Of a stretch of DNA of 32,000 nucleotides, positions 18,711-26,846 are shown one piece after another (position 1 is the stretch's first letter; each line of letters starts with the position of its first letter). The stretch spans positions 540,001 through 572,000 of the forward strand of contig NZ_CP006867.1 of assembly GCF_001481685.1 (NCBI RefSeq), in the 5' to 3' direction. Origin of the DNA: Ignicoccus islandicus DSM 13165 (lineage in GTDB: Archaea; Thermoproteota; Thermoprotei_A; Sulfolobales; Ignicoccaceae). The translations under genes were made by a program, and so were the position numbers. The notes below the pieces were generated by a model. The model was not told where the DNA came from. It searched no databases and saw nothing but the letters and a program-made list of their open reading frames with translations.

Positions 18711-19160
18711 TCACCTGTAGCTCTTCTGTCTACGCCTTCTAGCCGAATACCTCATCCATTTCTCGGGCTCGGTTCTTCTTGGATCTCCCGAAAGCATGTA
18801 TCTATCATGTTCTTCATATAGGTTCTTTAATTCCTCGCTGTTAGTGTACTTAATGAGACCTCTTGCAATAGCCATACGCGCCGCTTCGGCTTGAGCCATG
18901 AAACCACCACCTTTGACCCATACTTTGATATTAACGTTATTCATAACCTTCTCTCCAGCTAGCATTAGGGGTTCGAGTACTCTCCATCTGCGTATTTCTG
19001 GTTTAAGTATTTCTACAGGAACTCCGTTGATCCAAACCTTACCATTACCGGGATATACTACTGCCCTAGCTATTGCTCTTTTTCTTTTCCCGGTAGCGAG
19101 TACTATTCTCACACCTTTCTTAGTAGTCTCCTCTTTAGCCCATCGGACGTCTACCATCAC
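18711..19160 (-). CDS. rps9: 30S ribosomal protein uS9
   Basis: GKRKRAIARAVVYPGNGKVWING, C-terminal GDPRRTEPEKWMRYSARRRRQKSYR. Confidence 0.95.
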   Translation of the reverse strand: MMVDVRWAKEETTKKGVRIVLATGKRKRAIARAVVYPGNGKVWINGVPVEILKPEIRRWRVLEPLMLAGEKVMNNVNIKVWVKGGGFMAQAEAARMAIARGLIKYTNSEELKNLYEEHDRYMLSGDPRRTEPEKWMRYSARRRRQKSYR

Positions 19161-19600
19161 ATCTCACCTCTCCATCCTAATCTCCTTGTAACCTCACCTA
19201 CTGTAATGAACTTCCTAGATAAACGGGAACTATCAGCATCGGGGAACTTGATTATTGGTGCATCTACGTTCAGTTGAGGTACACCAACGTAAACTCTAAG
19301 CCTACCTAATGCTTCTCTTCCCCTCTTCTTGTCTTTAGGCAACATTCCTTTCACTGCGTCTTTAACTAATGCACGCGGGTTTCTAGGTCTTTTTATTTTA
19401 TTACGGTAGGGGTTTCTATGGGTCTTAACGTTCAGCAATATCCTATAGCCTTCTATAACCCTCTTAGGCTCACCAGATAGAACCACTTTTTCAGCATTTA
19501 TTACATGAACTTCATATCCATCTAAGAGCATTTTAGCTACATGCGAAGCCATTCTACCCAATATTTGGTTCGAACCATCCACAATTACGACTCTCTTCAA
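19157..19600 (-). CDS. rpl13: 50S ribosomal protein uL13
   Basis: VVIVDGSNQILGRMASHVAKMLLDG, AVKGMLPKDKKRGREALGRLRVYVGVP. Confidence 0.95.
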   Translation of the reverse strand: MKRVVIVDGSNQILGRMASHVAKMLLDGYEVHVINAEKVVLSGEPKRVIEGYRILLNVKTHRNPYRNKIKRPRNPRALVKDAVKGMLPKDKKRGREALGRLRVYVGVPQLNVDAPIIKFPDADSSRLSRKFITVGEVTRRLGWRGEM

Positions 19601-19618
19601 TTTACCTCCCTCCGAGCA

Positions 19619-19972
19619 TTAAGTAATAATCTTTATACCCTTTCCTTCTCTGTTTTCTTTAACTAATTCATAGATATGAATAGCTCTCCCCCCAGCCTGA
19701 GTTATCTTCTCTAAAGCTGTATACGAGAACGAGATTGCTGCGACTGTAACTTTCTTTTCCAGATCGCCAGCACCCAAGACCTTTCCAGGAACCACTATCA
19801 CGTCGCCTTCGTTTGCATACCTATTTATCTTACTAACATTCACTACAATTCTCTTTCGGCTCGGGCGTAGCAACAGCTCAGCTACCCTTTTCCAAGCGGG
19901 TGATTTGGTTTTCTTTAACTCATCAATTGTTTTCCTTAACACTATATTCGTGAACTTCCTCTTGTAACTCAT
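19619..19972 (-). CDS. rpl18e: 50S ribosomal protein eL18
   Basis: AWKRVAELLLRPSRKRIVVNVSKINRYANEGDVIVVPGKVLGAGDL. Confidence 0.94.
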   Translation of the reverse strand: MSYKRKFTNIVLRKTIDELKKTKSPAWKRVAELLLRPSRKRIVVNVSKINRYANEGDVIVVPGKVLGAGDLEKKVTVAAISFSYTALEKITQAGGRAIHIYELVKENREGKGIKIIT

Positions 19973-20832
19973 TTCGTAACACCCCCGATTTCCTCTAGGC
20001 GGGATTTTATTGAATTAAGTTTCTCTATTAGAGTATTGGCTGACGTAATTAAAGTTTTCTTTGGAGAGAGAGAACCATCTACTTCTAATTCAAAATAATA
20101 CTCATTGTTTTTAAATACGGGATTTATTGAACTGCCTTCACAAATGTACTCTATGCAGTACATAAGCATTGATAAAGATACATTATCCTTTAAGACTAAC
20201 CTACCGTTCTTAAACTCGAAAGCGTAGGGACACTTCTCTACACATTCCTTCTGGCATTTCTCATTACATAGCTTCTCATTGTACGTTATTCCTTCTAGGA
20301 TTGGTTTTACTATAGCTACTGTCGCTGGCATCCATTTCGCATGTTCTTTACCTCTCCCCAACCTCGCATAAGCGACTAACCGTATCGATTGATCTTTAAG
20401 TAGCGTAACGATAGGTATATTAGATAATACTGGTTTGACGTCTTCGTCCTCGCTCCTTAGATCGCCGCTGTAAACTATCTCATTATCCGTCTCTGCTTTG
20501 ATGTCTAGGATTAAACGTACGTAACACGGTTTATTATCAGTTGTATAACACTTATCAGCTTCAGCTTCTTCGGGAGTACATCGAGAGCATTCCTCTGGGC
20601 TTCCATATTTGAAAAGTGCTTCTTCAGAGGTAAGTGGTATTAATGCTAATCTGTGAGCTAGTATTTCATTTAACATCACGCTGTCGTTTCTGTCAATTCC
20701 GACGAAATCAACTGCCATCTTAGGTACTTCTTCCATGCTGGCCCTTCTAATACTATTTAAAACTTCCAGGGGGTATCCTGAAACCCTCATTTTAATAGAA
20801 TAAGGTGTTTCCTCCAGAATCTCAATGGGCAT
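19969..20832 (-). CDS. rpoD: RNA polymerase subunit D (Rpb3/alpha homologue) with Cys-rich insertion
   Basis: GYPLEVLNSIRRASMEEVPKMAVDFVGIDRNDSVMLNEILAHRLALIPL; Fe-S-type motif CNEKCQKECVEKCP. Confidence 0.95.
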   Translation of the reverse strand: MPIEILEETPYSIKMRVSGYPLEVLNSIRRASMEEVPKMAVDFVGIDRNDSVMLNEILAHRLALIPLTSEEALFKYGSPEECSRCTPEEAEADKCYTTDNKPCYVRLILDIKAETDNEIVYSGDLRSEDEDVKPVLSNIPIVTLLKDQSIRLVAYARLGRGKEHAKWMPATVAIVKPILEGITYNEKLCNEKCQKECVEKCPYAFEFKNGRLVLKDNVSLSMLMYCIEYICEGSSINPVFKNNEYYFELEVDGSLSPKKTLITSANTLIEKLNSIKSRLEEIGGVTK

Positions 20833-20838
20833 CTTACG

Positions 20839-21231
20839 TTAGACCCTCCTACCTCTCCTTCCTCCGGGTCTTCTGATACTGTCGTGAGGAAGCGGCGTTA
20901 CGTCTTCTATCCTTCCAACGATGAATCCAGATCTCGCTAAGGCTCTTATAGCAGCTTGTGCACCGGGACCTGGAGTCTTCGGACCGTACCCACCTGGCGC
21001 TCTCACTTTAATGTGTATAGCAGTAATTCCCCTATCCATAGCTTGTTGGGCTGCTCTCGCAGCTGCTAACATAGCTGCGTATGGCGAGGGTTTCTCTCTA
21101 TCCGCCTTAACAACCATACCACCGGTTATCCTAGAAGCTGTTTCAGCTCCAGTAATGTCGGTGATATGGACGAAAGTGTTATTTGGAGAGCTGAAGATGT
21201 GTGCAATGCCCCATCTTATTTCCCTTGGCAC
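20839..21231 (-). CDS. rps11: 30S ribosomal protein uS11
   Basis: [62 protein letters not shown]. Confidence 0.96.
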   Translation of the reverse strand: MPREIRWGIAHIFSSPNNTFVHITDITGAETASRITGGMVVKADREKPSPYAAMLAAARAAQQAMDRGITAIHIKVRAPGGYGPKTPGPGAQAAIRALARSGFIVGRIEDVTPLPHDSIRRPGGRRGRRV

Positions 21232-21253
21232 GTCCCATCAACCCCACTACGCG

Positions 21254-21751
21254 TTATTGGGTTTTATTCTTAAATGGACTGGTGGGGGCGTAATCGATTA
21301 GCTCTTCTTCGCTCCTCTTCACTATGTAACTTGGCGACGTGACTCTTCTACCGTTTATTGCTATGTGACCATGTACGATCAGTTGCCTTGCTTCTTGTAT
21401 GGTTCTTGCAAGACCCTTTCTATATACTAGAGTCTGGAGTCTTCTCTCAAGTAGATCTCTTGCAGTTAGAGAGAGGACGTCATCGAGAGCCGCATTCTCA
21501 TCTACGAGACCCATTTCATACAGCCTACCTAGTAATGCTTTTTCTTCTGCCTCCCTAACCTCCGGTGGCAATGCCAAGAGAGCTCTGGCTCTATGTCTTA
21601 TCTTTCTTAAGATTGTCGCTGCTTTCCATATTTCCCTCTTGTTTCTTAATCCATATTCACCCATTAGTTTCATTTCTTCTATTAATCTAGATTTAACCCA
21701 AGGATGGCTAGGTGGAGTCCACTTCTTCCTGGGTTTCTTAGGATCTCCCAT
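21254..21751 (-). CDS. rps4: 30S ribosomal protein uS4
   Basis: [42 protein letters not shown]. Confidence 0.95.
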   Translation of the reverse strand: MGDPKKPRKKWTPPSHPWVKSRLIEEMKLMGEYGLRNKREIWKAATILRKIRHRARALLALPPEVREAEEKALLGRLYEMGLVDENAALDDVLSLTARDLLERRLQTLVYRKGLARTIQEARQLIVHGHIAINGRRVTSPSYIVKRSEEELIDYAPTSPFKNKTQ

Positions 21752-21768
21752 GATGTTTCACCTCACAA

Positions 21769-22215
21769 TTATTTCTTCTTGGATACGCCTACTGTCATGC
21801 CGATTCTTCCAGTAGTAGCAGTTCTTTGTCCTCTTACCTTTAATCCTAACGCATGTCTTACGCCTCTCCAGCTCTTTATCTTCTTCTCTCTTTCGATGTC
21901 TTGTCTTGCGTAGAATATTAACTCGGCTCCAATTAGGTGCTTGTCTTCACCAGTGGTATAATCTTTCCTTCTATTGTAAAGCCATGAAGGGAAGCCCAGC
22001 TTAGTGATATCTTTTACTACTTCATCTAATTCCTTTATTTTATTGTCACTGAAGTATCCTAATCTCATAAGAGGGTCCAAGTTGAGTTTCCTAAGGATAG
22101 CTAAAGCGGTAGTGTAACCTATACCTTTTATTTTAGCCAAACCGTAAACAGCCGGTAATGAGCCGTCTATATCTGTGTCTCCAATTCGTACAATATACTT
22201 GAACTCTTCCGGCAG
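21769..22215 (-). CDS. rps13: 30S ribosomal protein uS13, extended start proposed
   Basis: ORF track 21769-22140 lacks the conserved N-terminus. The same frame continues upstream as (L)PEEFKYIVRIGDTDIDGSLPAVYGLAKIKGIG..., beginning at CTG 22215-22213, with GGGTGA (22228-22223) 7 nt upstream. Confidence 0.88.
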   Translation of the reverse strand: MPEEFKYIVRIGDTDIDGSLPAVYGLAKIKGIGYTTALAILRKLNLDPLMRLGYFSDNKIKELDEVVKDITKLGFPSWLYNRRKDYTTGEDKHLIGAELIFYARQDIEREKKIKSWRGVRHALGLKVRGQRTATTGRIGMTVGVSKKK

Positions 22216-22518
22216 TTTTGGTTCACCCGTAATCCACCTTTTTTGGGTCTTCTTAAATACTACTACACGGGGATGAACTGAACCACCGATTCCGATTAGG
22301 TGAGGTTAGGGCTACCAAGAGGACCCTTTAGATAAGACAATGTTTGGACCCAACTATTCTGTCCCGACCTTTAGTACCAACTAACACTATAGAACTTGGA
22401 ACCACTAATGATGCAAATAATATAGTGTGTAATTTTGATTTTCTCTATTGGAAACACTCAATCGCAGTGTTTTATTCGAAACATTTACTAAATTAATAAC
22501 TCTCTTCAGCTCCTTCTA

Positions 22519-22594
22519 GGATGGCGGCTGCCCGGTAAGAGGGGCTAATGGCCCTGCGATGAACCGGGGTCACTCTGTTTCCCCGGATAATACA
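22519..22594 (+). ncRNA. Candidate structured ncRNA (strand uncertain)
   Basis: GC-rich block in an AT-rich intergenic gap with mutually competing strong stems (CCCGGT/ACCGGG, GGGC-TAATG-GCCC, CCGGGG/CCCCGG) and a terminal ACA (22592-22594). Confidence 0.35.
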
Positions 22595-22612
22595 CCTTAT
22601 ACAATAAGCTCC

Positions 22613-23212
22613 TCAGAGATAACCGCGTTTCTCCATTGATACAATCAATGCTCTGATCGCGAGGGCTCTATGTGAAATCTCGTTTTTCACTTGTTCTGGA
22701 AGCTCAGAGAATGTTTTACTATAACCTTGAGGTATGAAAATTGGATCGAAGCCAAATCCTCCAGAGCCACGGATCTCGTGTGCAATCGAACCCTTAACAA
22801 CTCCCTCTTCAACGAGTATGTTGTCGTCATTGCAAATGCACGCTGCGACGCACTTGAAGAAAGCATTGCGTTTTGGAACACCATCCATTAACTTCAAAAT
22901 TCCTTTAGGACCCAATGTTCTATAGACGTAATTAGAATACGGTCCAGGAAATCCATTCAATGCTTCAATAAACAAGCCACTATCTTCGACTATGATCGGC
23001 CTCTTGTCGTTAACAGCCATTAAAATTGATGCTGAATAAAGGACTATTTTCTTTAGATCGTCATCTTGTATCTCTACCTTTGCGTTAAAAGGTGCAATAT
23101 CTATCTCTATTTCATCTCCCAGAATTTTCCTTATAATGAATTTAATTTCATCTATTTTGTGTTTATTTGTTGATGCAACATACAGCTTCTTACGTCCCTT
23201 CATTTTTACCAC
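22613..23212 (-). CDS. XTP/dITP diphosphatase (RdgB/HAM1 family)
   Basis: LYVASTNKHKIDEI, PIIVEDSGLFIEALNGFPGPYSNYVYRTLG, GFGFDPIFIPQGYSKTFSEL, ISHRALA. Confidence 0.94.
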   Translation of the reverse strand: MVKMKGRKKLYVASTNKHKIDEIKFIIRKILGDEIEIDIAPFNAKVEIQDDDLKKIVLYSASILMAVNDKRPIIVEDSGLFIEALNGFPGPYSNYVYRTLGPKGILKLMDGVPKRNAFFKCVAACICNDDNILVEEGVVKGSIAHEIRGSGGFGFDPIFIPQGYSKTFSELPEQVKNEISHRALAIRALIVSMEKRGYL

Positions 23213-23826
23213 ACCGTTTTCCTTCTGCTTTTCACGTACCTACCCATACTCTCTATCTCCTCGACGAGTTCTTGAATTAACTTAGCATCGCCATACTTAG
23301 AATATCCTTCCCAAAACGCATCGATTAGCTTGCCCTCTACATCTTTATGGATAGACCTTAGCGACCTTATAATCAAATGCGCATCAACGGCTTTCTCACG
23401 AGGATCTCTCGTGTGACGAGATAAACTAAAATCTATAGCGTATATTTTGTCACCAGTAGTGTAAAGTATGTTTAATGTCGTGAAGTCCCAATGTGCAATG
23501 TCTAATAGATGGAGTCTGGCTAATAGTTCTCCTGCCATCCTGATAGACTCTTTGTTTAATCGTTCCGTTAACGGAATACCTTCGATGAATTCCATTACTA
23601 TTTTCCCTTGATCTATATTAAAGTCTAGAACAAGAGGGACGTTGAGACCATTCTCGTAAGCTTTAATCATATTGAGTACTTCGTTTCTAGTACGTTCTTC
23701 TATTATCCGTTGGTCAATAGTTGAATGTCGGTAACGTTTTCTTCTCCTTATTTTCATTACAGCTTTACACCCATGGTATCTAATCAAATATATATCTGCT
23801 TCAGAACCCCTAGCTAATAGAAACAT
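23206..23826 (-). CDS. bud32: Bud32-type KEOPS protein kinase
   Basis: RGSEADIYLIRYHGCKAVMKIRRRKRYRHSTIDQRI, VMEFIEGIPL, IAHWDFTTLNILYTTGDKIYAIDFSLSRHTRDPREKAVDAHLIIRSL. Confidence 0.94.
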   Translation of the reverse strand: MFLLARGSEADIYLIRYHGCKAVMKIRRRKRYRHSTIDQRIIEERTRNEVLNMIKAYENGLNVPLVLDFNIDQGKIVMEFIEGIPLTERLNKESIRMAGELLARLHLLDIAHWDFTTLNILYTTGDKIYAIDFSLSRHTRDPREKAVDAHLIIRSLRSIHKDVEGKLIDAFWEGYSKYGDAKLIQELVEEIESMGRYVKSRRKTVW

Positions 23827-23903
23827 ACCTCCATTATCCTCTCTAAGCTTTTCGAAACCAGATTTTTACTTTATTCAACCATACGTAACGGTGATAGGAG
23901 GAC

Positions 23904-24635
23904 TTGAAGAAGCCACCAAAGATACTTCCAAGCTTAGATATTTCTGAAGGTAAAGTGGTGAAGAGAGTAAAAGGTATTAGAGGAACTGGATTAGAATTGG
24001 GCAATCCTATTAAATGGCTAGAGTTTTGGTATAACGAAGGGGCCTTAGGGATTCACGTCGTTGATCTAGATGCAGCCGAAAAGGGCTATCCTGTAAATAA
24101 GGACGTGATTCTGAAATTAATAAGTAGAGCTAAGGAACTCGGTATGTGGATACAGGTAGCTGGAGGCATAAGATCGATAGACGTCGCACAATTATATTCC
24201 AAGGCCGATTCAATAGTAATAGGAAGCAAGGCTGTCAAGGATCCTAAGTTCTTAGAAGAAGTTTCGAAAGAGATAGGTTGTGAGAAAGTTATTGTTGCAA
24301 TAGATTCCAAAGGCGGAAGGGTTGCAATTGATGGTTGGACTAAAACCGAGCATTATACACCTTTAGAAATTATAGAGATGCTGCCGGAAAAAGCATATAC
24401 CGGTATTCTATACACGTACATAGATACTGAAGGAACGCTAAAAGGGCCCGACTTCGAGACTCCTAAGAAAATAAAGTCGTTAAGGCCCGGGAAGGTACTC
24501 GAGTACGCCGGGGGAATAGGAAGTAAGGGTCACGTACTTAAGCTACTAGAAACTGGGGTGGATTCCCTAATAATAGGGATGGCGTTATACTCAGCTAAGC
24601 TAAGTTTGAGGGAGCTGCTCGATGAAGTTATGTGA
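23904..24635 (+). CDS. hisA: Phosphoribosylformimino-5-aminoimidazole carboxamide ribotide isomerase (HisA)
   Basis: ILPSLDISEGKVVKRVKG, GIHVVDLDAA, IQVAGGIRS, VIGSKAVKDP, IDTEGTLKGPDFE, LEYAGGIGS. Confidence 0.88.
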   Translation: MKKPPKILPSLDISEGKVVKRVKGIRGTGLELGNPIKWLEFWYNEGALGIHVVDLDAAEKGYPVNKDVILKLISRAKELGMWIQVAGGIRSIDVAQLYSKADSIVIGSKAVKDPKFLEEVSKEIGCEKVIVAIDSKGGRVAIDGWTKTEHYTPLEIIEMLPEKAYTGILYTYIDTEGTLKGPDFETPKKIKSLRPGKVLEYAGGIGSKGHVLKLLETGVDSLIIGMALYSAKLSLRELLDEVM

Positions 24636-24891
24636 TAAAAGAGTACTGGCATTGTATTTTCTATTACGTTCCAAATTCAATGAAGACGTGTTTAACATAG
24701 GTGAGGCATGGGAAGTGTCACGAAATTACTTTACGAAAAAAGTATTCATGAACCTCTTTAAGAGGCTAAAGAAATTGAACTTAATAGTTCAACTATCACC
24801 TATGGAATATAAAATCCAAGACCTCTGTTCGATTCTTGAAGAATCGAGTTTCAGATACCTCTCTCAGCGCTCCAAATCTTCCTCTTCATAG
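24622..24891 (+). CDS. Hypothetical 89 aa protein, possible winged-helix
   Basis: Start overlaps the hisA stop (14 bp); basic helical pattern ALYFLLRSKFNEDVFNIGEAWEVSRNYFTKKVFMNLFKRLKKLNLIV. Confidence 0.55.
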   Translation: MKLCDKRVLALYFLLRSKFNEDVFNIGEAWEVSRNYFTKKVFMNLFKRLKKLNLIVQLSPMEYKIQDLCSILEESSFRYLSQRSKSSSS

Positions 24892-25193
24892 AATTCAAGT
24901 ATGAGTCGTACTTTTACCTTGTCCTTGCTAAAGTAAGGTACTTTATCACCTAAGTTAACAACGAACCTAACTGGCATACCAAGAGAGTCTCGAATACTTA
25001 CTTCAGCCATGTATTGAGGATGGGGTTCTTCTTCCAAAGTTTTTGTGACACTTTCCATGATCTTCTCCATCAATATCTGGAAGGATAACGGACTATTCAA
25101 ATCCTCTGGTGTTATATCTAGCCTCATGATTGGAATATTAAGTTTTCTTATTCTAGCCTCTCCTTCAAGTGTCGCTACGTATCGTTCGCTCAA
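24864..25193 (-). CDS. Hypothetical protein (109 aa)
   Basis: Open frame with balanced charged/hydrophobic composition, convergent with the previous gene; no family recognised. Confidence 0.6.
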   Translation of the reverse strand: MSERYVATLEGEARIRKLNIPIMRLDITPEDLNSPLSFQILMEKIMESVTKTLEEEPHPQYMAEVSIRDSLGMPVRFVVNLGDKVPYFSKDKVKVRLILEFYEEEDLER

Positions 25194-25270
25194 AGATACG
25201 CACCGAGGACATACATGTTACGCCAAGGGGCATTAAATGTTTTGCCAAGAAAAATATTTGTTCAATCGTA

Positions 25271-25567
25271 TTACTTGTTTACCTTCTCGATTACTATATC
25301 AATGGTGCTAATCCTGCTTTGCCTTCCTTCGGCACTGGTTACGGTTTGACTTCCAATCCTGACCTCGGCTACCCTTATTTGACCGGGTAGGAACCTGTTC
25401 CTGACTATCTCTACGGTATCTACGGCCTTGCTGATTGCCTTTCCTCTCGCCTTGATCTCTACTCTGTCTACACCTTGGTTCAGTAGAGTTAGAGTTGCCA
25501 ATACGTAGTTCATTACGGGCTTCTTACCAACTCTTACCTCGTTGCTTTGGGGTGCTTGCACACTCAC
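25271..25567 (-). CDS. alba: Alba chromatin protein
   Basis: [51 protein letters not shown]. Confidence 0.95.
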   Translation of the reverse strand: MSVQAPQSNEVRVGKKPVMNYVLATLTLLNQGVDRVEIKARGKAISKAVDTVEIVRNRFLPGQIRVAEVRIGSQTVTSAEGRQSRISTIDIVIEKVNK

Positions 25568-25694
25568 ACCGATTCACCGACCTCAACTCTCTTGATGGGG
25601 TATAAAAAAGTTATTGATATACTGTCCTCTAGTCTACACCAACACCGATTTTTCTAAATGCGGTTTGAATAGCTTAAACTGGGGTTAATATCAA

Positions 25695-26771
25695 ATGAAA
25701 CTGGACGGTATTATACTAGCAGCAGGTAAAGGTACACGTTTAAGACCTATAACTTTTTCGATACCAAAACCACTAATTCCAATAATGGGTCGACCTATAG
25801 TTGGTTATGGCATAGAGCAACTCAAGAAACTTGGTATAAAAGAGATAACAATGGTAGTTGGATGGCTCCATGAAGTCTTCGAAGAGGTCTTAGGAAATGG
25901 TGAAAGGTTCGGTATTAAAATAAAATATGTACTACAAGAGAAACGCTTAGGTATAGCACATGCAATTAACTTAGCACTTACGGAAGGAGATATTAATAAC
26001 CCTTTTCTCGTATACTTAGGTGACAACGTCCTTAACGATTCGTGGATAAACAACTTCAAGAACGTGTTTAAAGACTACGACTCTATAATATTCTTAGCTA
26101 GAGTTAAGGATCCGAGAAGGTTCGGTGTAGCTATAATTAAGGATGACAGAGTTGTAGGTTTTATTGAAAAACCAAAGGTACCTCCTTCGGACCTAGCTCT
26201 AGTTGGTTTATATTACTTTAAGGACCCAGAGGATTTCAGGAAGTGTTACTCGACACTTAAACCGAGCTGGAGAGGAGAATACGAAATCACGGACATCATT
26301 AACTGCTATATAAGGAGAGGACTGAACATCGGATACATAGTTATTGACGGATGGTGGAAAGATACTGGGAAACCGGAGGACTTGATTGATGCAATGATGA
26401 TAATAATGGATAATTACTTGGATCGTAGTCAAATAAAAGGTGAGGTTAACGGTGAAGTTTACGGCCGAGTTATAGTAGAGGAAGGTGCTATTGTAAACGG
26501 AAAAGTCTATGGACCTGCATACATAGGTAAAGGCGTATATGTTTCGGAAAATACCGTAATAGAGCATTACGTAGATTTAGAAAAGGATGTGAAAATCGAT
26601 GGCGGACACGTAACTAGATCTCTTGTACTGGACTCATCCACATTTAAATTAGGGCGTTCTAGGTTAATAGATTCAATAATAGGTCCTTACTCAGATATAT
26701 CAGTAAGTCACGACCTGCGACTGAAACTTAAGCTTACTGCATCTCAAGAAAGTAAAATATTTATTGACTGA
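25695..26771 (+). CDS. RmlA/GlmU-like sugar-1-phosphate nucleotidyltransferase with C-terminal beta-helix-like region
   Basis: GIILAAGKGTRLRPITFSIPKPLIPIMGRPIVGYGIEQL, VYLGDNVL, GWWKDTGKPEDLI, repeated GEVNGEVYGRVIVEEGAIVNGKVYGPAYIGKGVYV. Confidence 0.93.
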   Translation: MKLDGIILAAGKGTRLRPITFSIPKPLIPIMGRPIVGYGIEQLKKLGIKEITMVVGWLHEVFEEVLGNGERFGIKIKYVLQEKRLGIAHAINLALTEGDINNPFLVYLGDNVLNDSWINNFKNVFKDYDSIIFLARVKDPRRFGVAIIKDDRVVGFIEKPKVPPSDLALVGLYYFKDPEDFRKCYSTLKPSWRGEYEITDIINCYIRRGLNIGYIVIDGWWKDTGKPEDLIDAMMIIMDNYLDRSQIKGEVNGEVYGRVIVEEGAIVNGKVYGPAYIGKGVYVSENTVIEHYVDLEKDVKIDGGHVTRSLVLDSSTFKLGRSRLIDSIIGPYSDISVSHDLRLKLKLTASQESKIFID

Positions 26772-26846
26772 AGTCTTCCGTACGACTACTTTCGATCCAC
26801 ACTGCCACGTTCATTTACACTCACATCAATTCTTGGGTAATGGTCC

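Noticed and set aside
17391-19191. Plus-strand ORFs 17391-17678, 17890-18165, 18360-18560 and 18898-19191
   Set aside because: Antisense to ferredoxin, uS2, RpoN and uS9 with no coding signature of their own.
20921-21913. Plus-strand ORFs 20921-21301, 21358-21558, 21399-21815 and 21704-21913
   Set aside because: Antisense to uS11, uS4 and uS13; shadow ORFs from biased ribosomal protein codons.
22393-22446. Inverted repeat CACTATA...TATAGTG with an internal AATGATGCAAAT (C box-like) in the rdgB-rps13 gap
   Set aside because: Only a 7-bp AT-rich stem, no convincing box D or partner; within chance expectation for AT-rich intergenic DNA.
22687-22925. ORFs 22687-22884, 22691-22891 and 22734-22925
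   Set aside because: Overlap the well-supported RdgB/HAM1 gene in other frames.
25045-25390. Plus-strand ORFs 25045-25236 and 25169-25390
   Set aside because: Span the 24864-25193 gene and the Alba gene on the opposite strand; no recognisable domain.
25805-26567. Minus-strand ORFs 25805-26059 and 26208-26567, and 26786-27028
   Set aside because: Antisense to the nucleotidyltransferase and the start of the surface protein gene; Ser/Tyr/Phe-rich non-natural composition.
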